From Bdellovibrionales bacterium (GTDB taxonomy: Bacteria > Bdellovibrionota > Bdellovibrionia > Bdellovibrionales > UBA1609), in contig OZ220490.1 in assembly GCA_965116175.1 (NCBI GenBank), positions 888,570 to 952,569 on the forward strand: a DNA stretch of 64,000 nucleotides. Reading direction: 5' to 3'. Shown piece by piece: positions 47,052 through 55,860 of this stretch. The position numbers were made by a program, and so were the translations under genes. Position 1 is the first letter of the stretch, and every line of letters starts with the position of its first letter. Below the pieces are notes generated by a model. It saw nothing but the letters and a program-made list of their open reading frames with translations. It did no database searches and was not told the DNA's origin.

Positions 47052-48518
47052 TCAAATAGAGTGAGTGTTAAATTCATTTTCAAGTTTTTGTAAGAGGCCG
47101 CCAAAATTTCCACTGCTCATAAACATAACAGCATCACTTTTATTGATCGTTTTTAATAAGGAGTTTTCCATATCTTCAAAGTTATTATAGTAATAAGCCT
47201 GCTTGCCTTCTTGTTTTAAATCCATGACAAGTTTTCTTGAGGAAAATCTTTTTTCCCCTGGTATTTTTGAAGTGTCATAGGGTTTAGCTATAAAGATAAT
47301 ATCAGCTTTCATAAAAGCCCCTATATAGCTTTTTTGGAAAACATTGGTGCGTGAAGTGTAAGATCGCGGCTCAAAAAGAGCAATGAGTCTTTTATCAGGT
47401 TTTTTCTCCTTGAGGGCTGACAGGCAGGCCTCCACAGCTGTAGGATGATGGGCAAAGTCTTCATAGACCTCAGCCTCCTTCCACTGGCCTTTAAACTCCA
47501 ATCTTCTTTTTACACCTTTAAAAGTTTTTAATCCATACAATATTTTTTCTACAGGCCAGCCTAATGTGTGTGACAAGGCAAAAACCCCTAAAGCATTAAG
47601 GGCATTATGCTCTCCAAATAGAGGGATAGAACAGGTCAACATTTCTTGCTTATAATGAATATCAAAAACTTGCTCATTGTTCCTAATGCGCCTGTTTTTT
47701 ATTGTGTAATCCCCTTCATCTATTCCATAAGTGACTACAAAAGCTTGAGAGTATTTTATAACCTTATCCAGCTGCTTGTTATGAGCGCAGGCAACAAGAA
47801 AGCTTTCTTTGGGAATTCTCCGAACAAGTTTACAAAAGGAATCTGTAATTTCATCAAGATTATTGTAAATATCTCCATGATCAAACTCAATGCTTGTTAA
47901 GAGAACGGCAAAAGGATTGTAATAAAAAAATTTAGGATACTTTGCAAAAAAACAAGTGTCATACTCATCCCCTTCAATGACAAACCAGGAGGATTTATTT
48001 GCAGAAAAAGAGCTGTTAAAATTTTTAGCTATAGCTCCGATGAAATAACCAGGCTTTTCTTTTACACATTGACCGACATAAGACATTAAAGCGGTGCTTG
48101 TGCTTTTACCATGTGTCCCCGTAATAACAATATTTTTTGTTTGAGAAAGCACAGTCTGCTGAAAAAGCTCTGGAAGGCTTATACAAGGTATCCCAAGGTT
48201 TTGAACAGCTTTCATTTCTTTATGGTTTTTACTTATAACATTTCCCACAACAACAAGTTTAATAACATTCTTGATGTTGTTTTCATCATAATTAAAAACA
48301 GGAATTTTTGCCTGTTTTAGTATTTCTGACATAGGTGGATAAATATTCTGATCACTTCCAAAAACCTTAAATCCCTGTTGTTTTAAGTAAACAGCAAAAC
48401 CGGCCATAGCTGCCCCACAAATGCCCATAAAATAAATGGCATCAGGTGGCTGAATTTTTAAACTTGTGAATTGATTAAGGTTTTGAGCTGTTCTAGCTTT
48501 TAAAATAAGAGATTTCAT
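47052..48518 (-). CDS. mpl: UDP-N-acetylmuramate:L-alanyl-gamma-D-glutamyl-meso-DAP ligase (murein peptide ligase)
   Basis: GICGAAMAGFA...GSDQNIYPPMS (Mpl-specific), GTHGKSTSTAL and the Mur ligase middle and C domains. Confidence 0.85.
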   Translation of the reverse strand: MKSLILKARTAQNLNQFTSLKIQPPDAIYFMGICGAAMAGFAVYLKQQGFKVFGSDQNIYPPMSEILKQAKIPVFNYDENNIKNVIKLVVVGNVISKNHKEMKAVQNLGIPCISLPELFQQTVLSQTKNIVITGTHGKSTSTALMSYVGQCVKEKPGYFIGAIAKNFNSSFSANKSSWFVIEGDEYDTCFFAKYPKFFYYNPFAVLLTSIEFDHGDIYNNLDEITDSFCKLVRRIPKESFLVACAHNKQLDKVIKYSQAFVVTYGIDEGDYTIKNRRIRNNEQVFDIHYKQEMLTCSIPLFGEHNALNALGVFALSHTLGWPVEKILYGLKTFKGVKRRLEFKGQWKEAEVYEDFAHHPTAVEACLSALKEKKPDKRLIALFEPRSYTSRTNVFQKSYIGAFMKADIIFIAKPYDTSKIPGEKRFSSRKLVMDLKQEGKQAYYYNNFEDMENSLLKTINKSDAVMFMSSGNFGGLLQKLENEFNTHSI

Positions 48519-48727
48519 TTTTAGTTTTCGCTTTATTTGGCTTATTGTGTGAGGATTATAAACTTATTTCAAGCTTATGAACAGCGCATACTTCAAGTTA
48601 TTGCTTTAATAATCTTGTTTAAAAGTTTTATATTCATGATATGAGTTTTTTAATTGTCAGTTAATAACTGCATACAAATTGATTTTTAAATTAAGAGTAT
48701 TTATGTAAAATTATTAATTTATTCTTC

Positions 48728-50353
48728 TTATCTAAGATTAATGTCCCAACCTAGATCTGTAAAAGCCTTTCGACTCCCCAATAATAATTCCCTAAAGGCA
48801 GAAACATTTTCATAAGCTCTCTTAACATTATCTTTAAAAATTTTTTTGGCCACTCTTTTCTGTCCTCCAGGACCTTTAAGCTCCTCTCTGTTATATATAG
48901 ATAGGTGTCTTTCAAACATTTCAACAAGGGCCTGGTATTCATCCACATTTCCCCGAAAAGCCAACCATTCCAAACCTAATTTGTTCATATATACAATGCC
49001 CCCCAAAGCTCCAGATACATTTTGAAAAGCCTTAGACATATTACCTTCGTAATAGGTTTTTGCATAGAGAACCAGCCCCTTAATACCAATATACTCACTT
49101 TTTGCCTGTCCCTCTTTATTTAAGATTCTTTTTCTTTCACGCCGAAATTCCCAGCTAAAACCATGATAGACTCTCCATTTTAACTTTTTAAACACCTCCT
49201 TATCTAAAAAAACCACAGATACATTTTTATAAGTCTTAATCATATCACCTTCATAATATTCCTCCGCATAATTAGCATAGCCTTCAATTCCCATATAATT
49301 CTCTCTCAGCCCTCCCCCATTCTCATCTAAAATTTGAGCTTTTTCCTTTTCAAACTCATCAGCAGAACCACAGTATTTCTGCCACTGTAATTTTTTAAAT
49401 ACCTCCTTATCCAAGACTGCTGATACATTACTATAAGCCTTTTCTATATGTGCCTCTCCTTTATCATTTATGTAATAGGTTTTTGCATAGAGAACCAGCC
49501 CCTCAATACCAATATACTCACTTTTTAGTTCTCCATTCTCATTTAAAATTTGAGCTTTTTCCTTTTTAAACTCATCAGCAGAACCTCTGTATTCCTGCCA
49601 CTGTAACTTTTTAAACACCTCCTTATCTAAAACCGCAGATACACTTTTATAAGTCTTAATCATATCACCTTCATAATATTCCTCCGCATAACGCGCATAG
49701 TTCTCGCCCCCTATATAAAACATTTTTATCTCTTTATTTGAATATAAAATTCTATCTATTTCCCTGCGAAATTCCTTAGTGGAACCATTATATCCTCTCC
49801 ATCTCAATTTTACAAATAATCTTTTTTCTAAAACTGATGAGACATTAATGTAAGCTTTAAACATATTAGCCTTTCCCTTATCATTCTTATAATATTTTTC
49901 TGTATAATTAACATAACCCCAAGGGCCAACATACTCCTCTTTCACCATGCCATTCTCATCTAAAATTCTGCCTTTCTCTACTTGAAAAGTTGTAATATAT
50001 CCACGATACACGCGCCATCCTAATTTTTTAAAATTTTTACCTAGAGCCCTAGAAACAATTATAAAAATATAATCCATGCTTTTTGTGTTTTTTGTCCTTT
50101 TAGCAAAAAGCAAATAACCTTTCTGGCCTTTATAGATTGTATAACTTTTTGAAGCAGAAAAAATTTCTTGAACTTTAGAATCGCTTATTTCAAAAGAAAA
50201 AGCTGTTTCACAATTTTTAGAACCTATATCAATTCTTGATTCTTCATCAGCTTTAGCACTTTGTTCAAAACAAACAAGCAAGCAAAAGATGCAATAAACA
50301 AATGCAGTTTTAAATCTAGTAATTTTTATTTTCTTATTCAGGCACATATTCAT
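48728..50353 (-). CDS. secreted protein built from about 7 modules of about 70 aa, unknown family
   Basis: Signal peptide ending in AKA. The recurrent module is YA(E/K).YY....K.Y.NVSAVLDKEVFKKLQW..Y.GS.DEF..EKAQIL.ENG. Two subtypes alternate, giving a DNA super-repeat of about 420 nt. Confidence 0.55.
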   Translation of the reverse strand: MNMCLNKKIKITRFKTAFVYCIFCLLVCFEQSAKADEESRIDIGSKNCETAFSFEISDSKVQEIFSASKSYTIYKGQKGYLLFAKRTKNTKSMDYIFIIVSRALGKNFKKLGWRVYRGYITTFQVEKGRILDENGMVKEEYVGPWGYVNYTEKYYKNDKGKANMFKAYINVSSVLEKRLFVKLRWRGYNGSTKEFRREIDRILYSNKEIKMFYIGGENYARYAEEYYEGDMIKTYKSVSAVLDKEVFKKLQWQEYRGSADEFKKEKAQILNENGELKSEYIGIEGLVLYAKTYYINDKGEAHIEKAYSNVSAVLDKEVFKKLQWQKYCGSADEFEKEKAQILDENGGGLRENYMGIEGYANYAEEYYEGDMIKTYKNVSVVFLDKEVFKKLKWRVYHGFSWEFRRERKRILNKEGQAKSEYIGIKGLVLYAKTYYEGNMSKAFQNVSGALGGIVYMNKLGLEWLAFRGNVDEYQALVEMFERHLSIYNREELKGPGGQKRVAKKIFKDNVKRAYENVSAFRELLLGSRKAFTDLGWDINLR

Positions 50354-50499
50354 CTTGCAACACCAAATCTTTTGTTTATTAAGATATTTATTGAAATTTG
50401 ACAGAAATATAAAAAATCAGATAAAAAGTCAATGTAAAATTACAAATAAAAGCATGAAAAGTTGAAAAAATAAAGAAGAGAGTTTTGCTTTTCCAATAA

Positions 50500-50670
50500 A
50501 GTTTTTCTATTGTTTTTGCGGATCAACCTGTGGGATTAACGGAAGTGGATGATGGGATATGGAAGGTCACTTTTATGGATTATGATATAGGTTGTTTTGG
50601 TGAGGAAAGTTATAATTTTGCTCCTTTGGACAATACTTTGGAGAAACTGTCAAGGATGTCTTTGGTATAA
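50500..50670 (+). pseudogene. C-terminal fossil of an IS481/IS3-type (rve) transposase
   Basis: A start-less frame reads SFSIVFADQPVGLTEVDDGIWKVTFMDYDIGCFGEESYNFAPLDNTLEKLSRMSLV*. It resembles the conserved ...VGL.EVDDGIW.V.FM.YDLG.F.....L.PL.NPFG.K..PMS tail of this transposase family. Confidence 0.55.
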
Positions 50671-50793
50671 AGTGTCAACGATGTCTCAGGTTGCATAGAT
50701 TTATAAGTCTTTGGTGAGGATGGATGAGATTTAGGATTTAATTGATGATTATCAAACATTTTTTGTGTAAAGCAAAGCTCTAAGGCGGGGGTT

Positions 50794-51729
50794 TTAATCA
50801 AATAAAAAACTCACAGAACTTTTATTGGAAATTCTTTTTATGGCCTCTGCTACCAGAGGAGCCAGACTTACAGTGCGAATCTTTTTGCACTCCATAGCTT
50901 TGTTACTGAGAGGAATTGTATTTGTTACTAAAACTTCTTTTAGACAGCTTTTTTCAATTCTCTCAACAGCAGGTCCAGAAAACAAAGGATGAGTGGCCAT
51001 GGCCATGATCTCTTTTGCTCCTGATTCCATCAGTTTAACAGAGGCTTCACATAGGGTGCCGGCTGTGTCAATCATATCATCTAAAATAAGAGCTGTCTTG
51101 CCCTCAACCTCACCTATAAGGTGCAGGGCTTTAGCTTTATTGTGCTCCTGCCTTCGCTTATCAATCATAGCCACACTGGCGCCGCTTATTTTTTTAGCCA
51201 AGGCTCTGGCTCTTTCCGCGCCTCCCGCATCAGGACTAACCACAACTAAGTTTTCACTGGAGTGAAGGGATTGCCAGGAAGGAGCTAAAATAGGAGAGGC
51301 AAAAAGGTTATCTACAGGAATATCAAAAAACCCTTGTATTTCAGGAGAATGCAAATCCACAACAAGCAGTCGGTCAGCCCCTCCAGAAGAACACATATCC
51401 GCCATACATTTTGCAGAGATGGGAACGCGGGGAGCCGATTTTCTATCCTGTCGGGAGTAGCCATAATAAGGCATAACCAAAGTGATTTCCTGGGCAGAGG
51501 CTCTCTTAAGAGCATCCAGTATTAAAAACAATTCCATATAATTTTCATTAACAGGCGGACAAGTGCTTTGTATGAGAAAAACATGAAGGCCACGGACATT
51601 TTCTTTAACTTGAACAAAAATCTCACCATCAGAAAAGTGGGAAATTTCAATGGCCCCCAATTTTATATCCAGACAACTGGCCACAGAGTCAGCAAAAAGA
51701 GGATTTGAACTGCCAGAAAATACTTTCAC
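50794..51729 (-). CDS. prs: ribose-phosphate pyrophosphokinase
   Basis: VMPYYGYSRQDRK, the VVSPDAGG loop and the ILDDMIDTAGT PRPP-binding motif. Confidence 0.95.
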   Translation of the reverse strand: MKVFSGSSNPLFADSVASCLDIKLGAIEISHFSDGEIFVQVKENVRGLHVFLIQSTCPPVNENYMELFLILDALKRASAQEITLVMPYYGYSRQDRKSAPRVPISAKCMADMCSSGGADRLLVVDLHSPEIQGFFDIPVDNLFASPILAPSWQSLHSSENLVVVSPDAGGAERARALAKKISGASVAMIDKRRQEHNKAKALHLIGEVEGKTALILDDMIDTAGTLCEASVKLMESGAKEIMAMATHPLFSGPAVERIEKSCLKEVLVTNTIPLSNKAMECKKIRTVSLAPLVAEAIKRISNKSSVSFLFD

Positions 51730-51923
51730 CAGTTATTGAATTACACTATTTTTTGAGATCATTGCAACTTTTTTTAATCAATAGAGATAAAATTTGACAT
51801 TTCAAGGCTTTGTTTTGTAAAAAGAGTTTTGCTCTTATTTGAGTTTTTTGCTTAATTTATATCTTTTTTGGAAAAAACTCAAAACAACACCAACAGGACT
51901 TTAAAAATTATAAGGAGAGAAAA

Positions 51924-52580
51924 ATGTCTGAATTATTGATTAAAGTTTCCCCTAGAACTGAAAGAGGGAAACAAAATAAAAAAATCCGCAAAAACAAATG
52001 GATTCCAGCTGTTGTTTACGGTAATGGTCAAAAAAATATCTCTCTTTCTCTGGACATTCGTTTGGCGGAAAAGTATTCCAAAAAAGAATATGAAAACAAA
52101 ATTTTTACCTTTGAATCTGAGGATAAGAATTTACAGGGTATGAAAGTCATAAAGAAAGCGATATCACATCATAAGGTAAGCCATCAGCCCATTCACATGG
52201 ATTTTCTTTCTTTGGATATGAAAAAGCCTATTCGCGTTAATGTAGATATAAAATTTAATGGTGTCCCAAAGGGTGTTAAAGAAGAAGGCGGTGTTTTTAA
52301 TGTGATCCTCCGAAGTGTTGAGATTGAGTGTCTGCCTGATAAAATTCCTCCCTCTATTGAAATGGATGTTTCTGACTTAAGTTTAAACCAAAGCGTCCAT
52401 GTCTCTGATCTTAAAATCTCTGAAAATATAAAACTTATTACTAAATCTGAAAGAACTCTATGCACGGTTGTAGAGGCTGAAAAAGAAGAAGAAAAAACAG
52501 AGACACCTGCCACAGTGGAAGCTGAAGCAAAACAAACCACTGAAGAGCCAAAAAATACTGACAAAGCCAATAACAAGTAA
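51924..52580 (+). CDS. rplY: 50S ribosomal protein L25 / general stress protein Ctc
   Basis: R..GK...R..G.IPAVVYG opening, two-domain Ctc length and an acidic/Lys tail. Confidence 0.9.
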   Translation: MSELLIKVSPRTERGKQNKKIRKNKWIPAVVYGNGQKNISLSLDIRLAEKYSKKEYENKIFTFESEDKNLQGMKVIKKAISHHKVSHQPIHMDFLSLDMKKPIRVNVDIKFNGVPKGVKEEGGVFNVILRSVEIECLPDKIPPSIEMDVSDLSLNQSVHVSDLKISENIKLITKSERTLCTVVEAEKEEEKTETPATVEAEAKQTTEEPKNTDKANNK

Positions 52581-52628
52581 ACTTCTTTACTTGTGAGCTT
52601 TTAATTTTTGCCTTATGCTTTCCTTATT

Positions 52629-53348
52629 ATGAAGCTTATTGTTGGTTTAGGGAATCCCGGTTCAAAATACCTTTTTACCAGACATAATTTAGGCTTTATG
52701 CTTATTGATGCTTTAGCAGAAGATGGCTCCTTTCAAAAAAAACATAACAGTTTTATTCAAAAAAAACAAATCAAGGAGCAAACAGCTTTTTTAGTAAAAC
52801 CTCAAACCTTTATGAATTTATCCGGCAGGGCTGTAAAAGAGATCATGAAATTTTATAAAATTTCATTGGAAAATTTGCTGGTCATTCATGATGACAAGGA
52901 TCAGGCTTTTGGAAATATGAAATTTCAAAAATCACGAGGTCATGGAGGCCATAACGGCATTAAAAATATTCATGAAGAGCTAAATACGAATGATTACACA
53001 AGGCTGAAATTAGGTGTTGGGCCTAATCAACAAACAGAAAAAAAGGATAACTCTTCTTTAACAGATAGCTCTTCAGAACAAAACACCAAGTCTCAGGTTT
53101 TTTTTTCCTCTTATAAAAAAAAGAAATACAGCCTACAGAATTATGACACACTTTTCATTCATTGGAAGATCCCATCATTCCTTAAAGGTCTTTCACATAA
53201 AGATACAGTGGATTATGTTCTCTCCCCTTTTAATAAAGAGGAAAAAAAAAAGGTGCCTGATTTTTTGAATAAAGCTTTAAAAGCTGTTCATTGCTTTATT
53301 CAAAACGGCTATGAAAAATCAGCCAACCAATTTAACACCAACAAATGA
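52629..53348 (+). CDS. pth: peptidyl-tRNA hydrolase with an internal insertion of about 55 aa
   Basis: MKLIVGLGNPGSKYLFTRHNLGF, PQTFMNLSG, GHGGHNGIKNI and DYVLSPF. I prefer the canonical start at 52629 over the track TTG at 52608. Confidence 0.85.
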   Translation: MKLIVGLGNPGSKYLFTRHNLGFMLIDALAEDGSFQKKHNSFIQKKQIKEQTAFLVKPQTFMNLSGRAVKEIMKFYKISLENLLVIHDDKDQAFGNMKFQKSRGHGGHNGIKNIHEELNTNDYTRLKLGVGPNQQTEKKDNSSLTDSSSEQNTKSQVFFSSYKKKKYSLQNYDTLFIHWKIPSFLKGLSHKDTVDYVLSPFNKEEKKKVPDFLNKALKAVHCFIQNGYEKSANQFNTNK

Positions 53349-53366
53349 AGCTTATATTTTTCTCTG

Positions 53367-53595
53367 CTGATTTTATTTAGAAATTGAAACCCTTGTATTT
53401 TTTTATGTTTAATTGATAGATAATATCTCTCAAGTCAAAATCGGTTCAAAAGGAGTTCGGCTTTGAGTGCTGAGCGTCTGAAAGCCCGCTCTGCGGCAAA
53501 ACGTATGTCTGAACTTTTGAGCTGATTTTGACTTGAGAGATAAATATTTATCTGTTTAACAAAATATAAAAACCTCAAATTTTTAATAAAATCAG
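53367..53595 (+). repeat. composite palindromic element B: REP-like outer inverted repeats enclosing hairpin module B
   Basis: The outer left arm is CTGATTTTATTTAGAAATTGAAACCC. The reverse complement of the outer right arm is CTGATTTTATTAAAAATTTGAGGTTTTTAT. The element is followed by CAGTATAAA, as at 5649. Confidence 0.6.
53426..53540 (+). ncRNA. candidate structured RNA or hairpin module, copy B (unknown family)
   Basis: A 27-bp stem (TCTCTCAAGTCAAAATCGGTTCAAAAG / CTTTTGAGCTGATTTTGACTTGAGAGA) contains two G:T pairs that are wobble-compatible only on the plus strand. It has the same conserved core and the same 115-nt length as copy A. Confidence 0.45.
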
Positions 53596-53653
53596 TATAA
53601 ACTAAGGTTTAAAACAACTTGTAAAACTATTCATTCACAAGTAAAAACCAGCT

Positions 53654-54751
53654 ATGAGTTTAAAGTGCGGTATTGTTGGTCTGCCTAATGCAGGCAAAAG
53701 TACTATTTTTAACGCTCTCACCAATTCCGCCAAGGCAGAAACAGGCAATTATCCTTTTTGCACAATAGAGGCTAATAAGGGACTGGTTTTTGTTCCTGAT
53801 GACCGTTTAAAAAAAATCAGTGAAATCATCAAACCTAAACAAACTGTGCCAACCTCTTTTGAATTTATAGATATTGCAGGTCTGGTTAAGGGAGCCAGCA
53901 AAGGGGAGGGATTGGGCAATCAATTTTTATCAAATATAAGAAATGTTCATTCTCTGCTTCATGTTGTCCGCGCCTTTAAAGACAGCCAAATCACCCATGT
54001 TTATGGAGAGCCTGAACCTATAAGGGATATAGAGCTTATAAACACAGAGCTGCTATTGTCTGATTTGGAAATTGCTGAAAAGCGATTTCATAAAATACAA
54101 AAAACAGCTCAATCCACTGGAGATAAAAAATTAAAGCAGGAGTGCGAGCTTTTAAAAAAAGTCTTGAGTCTTTTAGCTGAAAACAAAAACTTAAGGGAAG
54201 TTGACTGGTCTAAGGGGGAAATGATTTATTTAAAGTCCCTCAATTTTATTTCCTTAAAGCCTGTTCTTTATATTTGCAACCTTAAAGAAGAGGAATGGAA
54301 AAAAGAGCAAACAAGCATTGATAAGGTAAAAAAAAGCCTTGGAAAAAAAGAAGAGCTGATTTGTATCTCCTGTGCTTTAGAGGCAGATATGACAGGCTGG
54401 ACAGATAAGGAAAAAACAGAGTTTTTAAAACCTCTTGGTTTGAATGAGCCAGTCCTGCACACTGTAATAAAAAAAGTTTATGAACAGCTGAATCTTATTT
54501 CTTTTTTTACAGCCGGTGAAAAAGAGGCCAGAGCCTGGACTGTGCCTAAGGGAGCTTTAGCTCCTGAAGCTGGAGGAGTGATTCACTCTGATTTTGAAAA
54601 AGGCTTTATACGCGCTGAGGTTTATTCCTATAGAGAGCTTTTTGAACACAGGTCAGAAAAAATGCTAAAACAAAAAGGACTGGTAAAAATTGCCGGCAAA
54701 GATTATCAAATTCAAGATGGCGATATCATGCATTTTCTATTTAATGTTTGA
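53654..54751 (+). CDS. ychF: redox-regulated ribosome-binding ATPase YchF
   Basis: GIVGLPNAGKSTIFNALT, DIAGLVKGAS.GEGLGN.FL and the C-terminal TGS/YchF domain (FFTAGEKEARAWT...FIRAEV). Confidence 0.95.
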   Translation: MSLKCGIVGLPNAGKSTIFNALTNSAKAETGNYPFCTIEANKGLVFVPDDRLKKISEIIKPKQTVPTSFEFIDIAGLVKGASKGEGLGNQFLSNIRNVHSLLHVVRAFKDSQITHVYGEPEPIRDIELINTELLLSDLEIAEKRFHKIQKTAQSTGDKKLKQECELLKKVLSLLAENKNLREVDWSKGEMIYLKSLNFISLKPVLYICNLKEEEWKKEQTSIDKVKKSLGKKEELICISCALEADMTGWTDKEKTEFLKPLGLNEPVLHTVIKKVYEQLNLISFFTAGEKEARAWTVPKGALAPEAGGVIHSDFEKGFIRAEVYSYRELFEHRSEKMLKQKGLVKIAGKDYQIQDGDIMHFLFNV

Positions 54752-54773
54752 TTTCACATTTTAAACACAAAAA

Positions 54774-55673
54774 TCAAAGATTTGATGGTTGATTTAAATT
54801 AAAACTGCATAATACCGCATTGATTTGTTTGACGGTTAAAACACCAATTTGATTTTGATTGATAGGATACATTATGTTTTCTGGATGATTGGCTGTGTGA
54901 GCATAACCTAAAGCATGACCTAATTCATGAAGCATTGTTAATAAAGTGTTGTAATAAATATAATTTTTAAGTCTTTTATTATCCCTTCTATCCCACCTGT
55001 CCTCATCCTCAAGATATGCCACATATCTTTCTTGTCTCTCTTCAAGCAGATCATACTCCTCCTGGCTACAGATTTCTATTTGAAGGCACCTTTTCTTGTA
55101 TTCTGCTATTTTCTCTAAAAACTCTTTTTCTCCCTCTAAAATTTCATTGTTTTGCCTTATAACTTTTCTATTTTTTTTATATAAATCTCTAAGGCTATTG
55201 TATAAAACAGGGTTAAATATAATATCTGACTCATAAATTTCTCCTGTTTCCTTATTAAAATTGTCACCAATAGAGCAATAAGCCAGGTAGGAATGAGGCT
55301 CCTTTCTTCTTTTTTCTTTTTCATAATGGGCTTTATCTGAGGATATATATATATCTGTTCTCCCTTCTCCTGTATTTTCAGAGGGTTTGATTTCAAAAAG
55401 AGGAATGCCTATAATTTCCTCTAACACATAAACAGCTTCTTCTGTAATGTCCATCAACTCCTCCTGGACAAATAAAACAGGTTTTTGCCTTCTGTGGAGC
55501 TTTAGGCGGCTGCCTTTTACGGAGAGAAGAGGACTATAATCACATTGCACTTTACCGCAAGAACACAGGAATAATACAAAAGATAAAAAAAGACAGCATA
55601 CAAAATATTGTTTTTTATAGAAGGTTTTTTTTCTGAAAGAATATTTCATTAAAATATAAAAACAAACTCTCAA
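54774..55673 (-). CDS. metzincin-type zinc metalloprotease lipoprotein
   Basis: HELGHALGYAH (HExxHxxGxxH) and lipobox FLCSC. The start may be the internal MKYSF at 55649. Confidence 0.7.
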   Translation of the reverse strand: MRVCFYILMKYSFRKKTFYKKQYFVCCLFLSFVLFLCSCGKVQCDYSPLLSVKGSRLKLHRRQKPVLFVQEELMDITEEAVYVLEEIIGIPLFEIKPSENTGEGRTDIYISSDKAHYEKEKRRKEPHSYLAYCSIGDNFNKETGEIYESDIIFNPVLYNSLRDLYKKNRKVIRQNNEILEGEKEFLEKIAEYKKRCLQIEICSQEEYDLLEERQERYVAYLEDEDRWDRRDNKRLKNYIYYNTLLTMLHELGHALGYAHTANHPENIMYPINQNQIGVLTVKQINAVLCSFNLNQPSNL

Positions 55674-55860
55674 TCAGCCAAATACACTTAAAATTCCGTA
55701 TTTAAAATAATAATCTCAATTTTCCTTGTATTTTTCAAGTTTTGAAAGCGGTCTTGTGAACATCATTCCTGTTTATATTCCTCCTGGGCGCTCATGGGGG
55801 CGCGAGACCTAAAGAATCTTTTAAAATGAGATATATAGTTTCTCCCATTTTTTGCCTAAT

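Noticed and set aside
50610-50801. 63-aa minus-strand ORF overlapping the prs stop
   Set aside because: It lies antisense to the transposase fossil and overlaps prs. No motif was seen, so it is probably spurious.
55780-55830. GC-rich patch (GGGCGCTCATGGGGGCGCGAGACC) downstream of glnII as a terminator
   Set aside because: Only a 4-bp GCGC/GCGC pairing is available and there is no T-run, which is not convincing.
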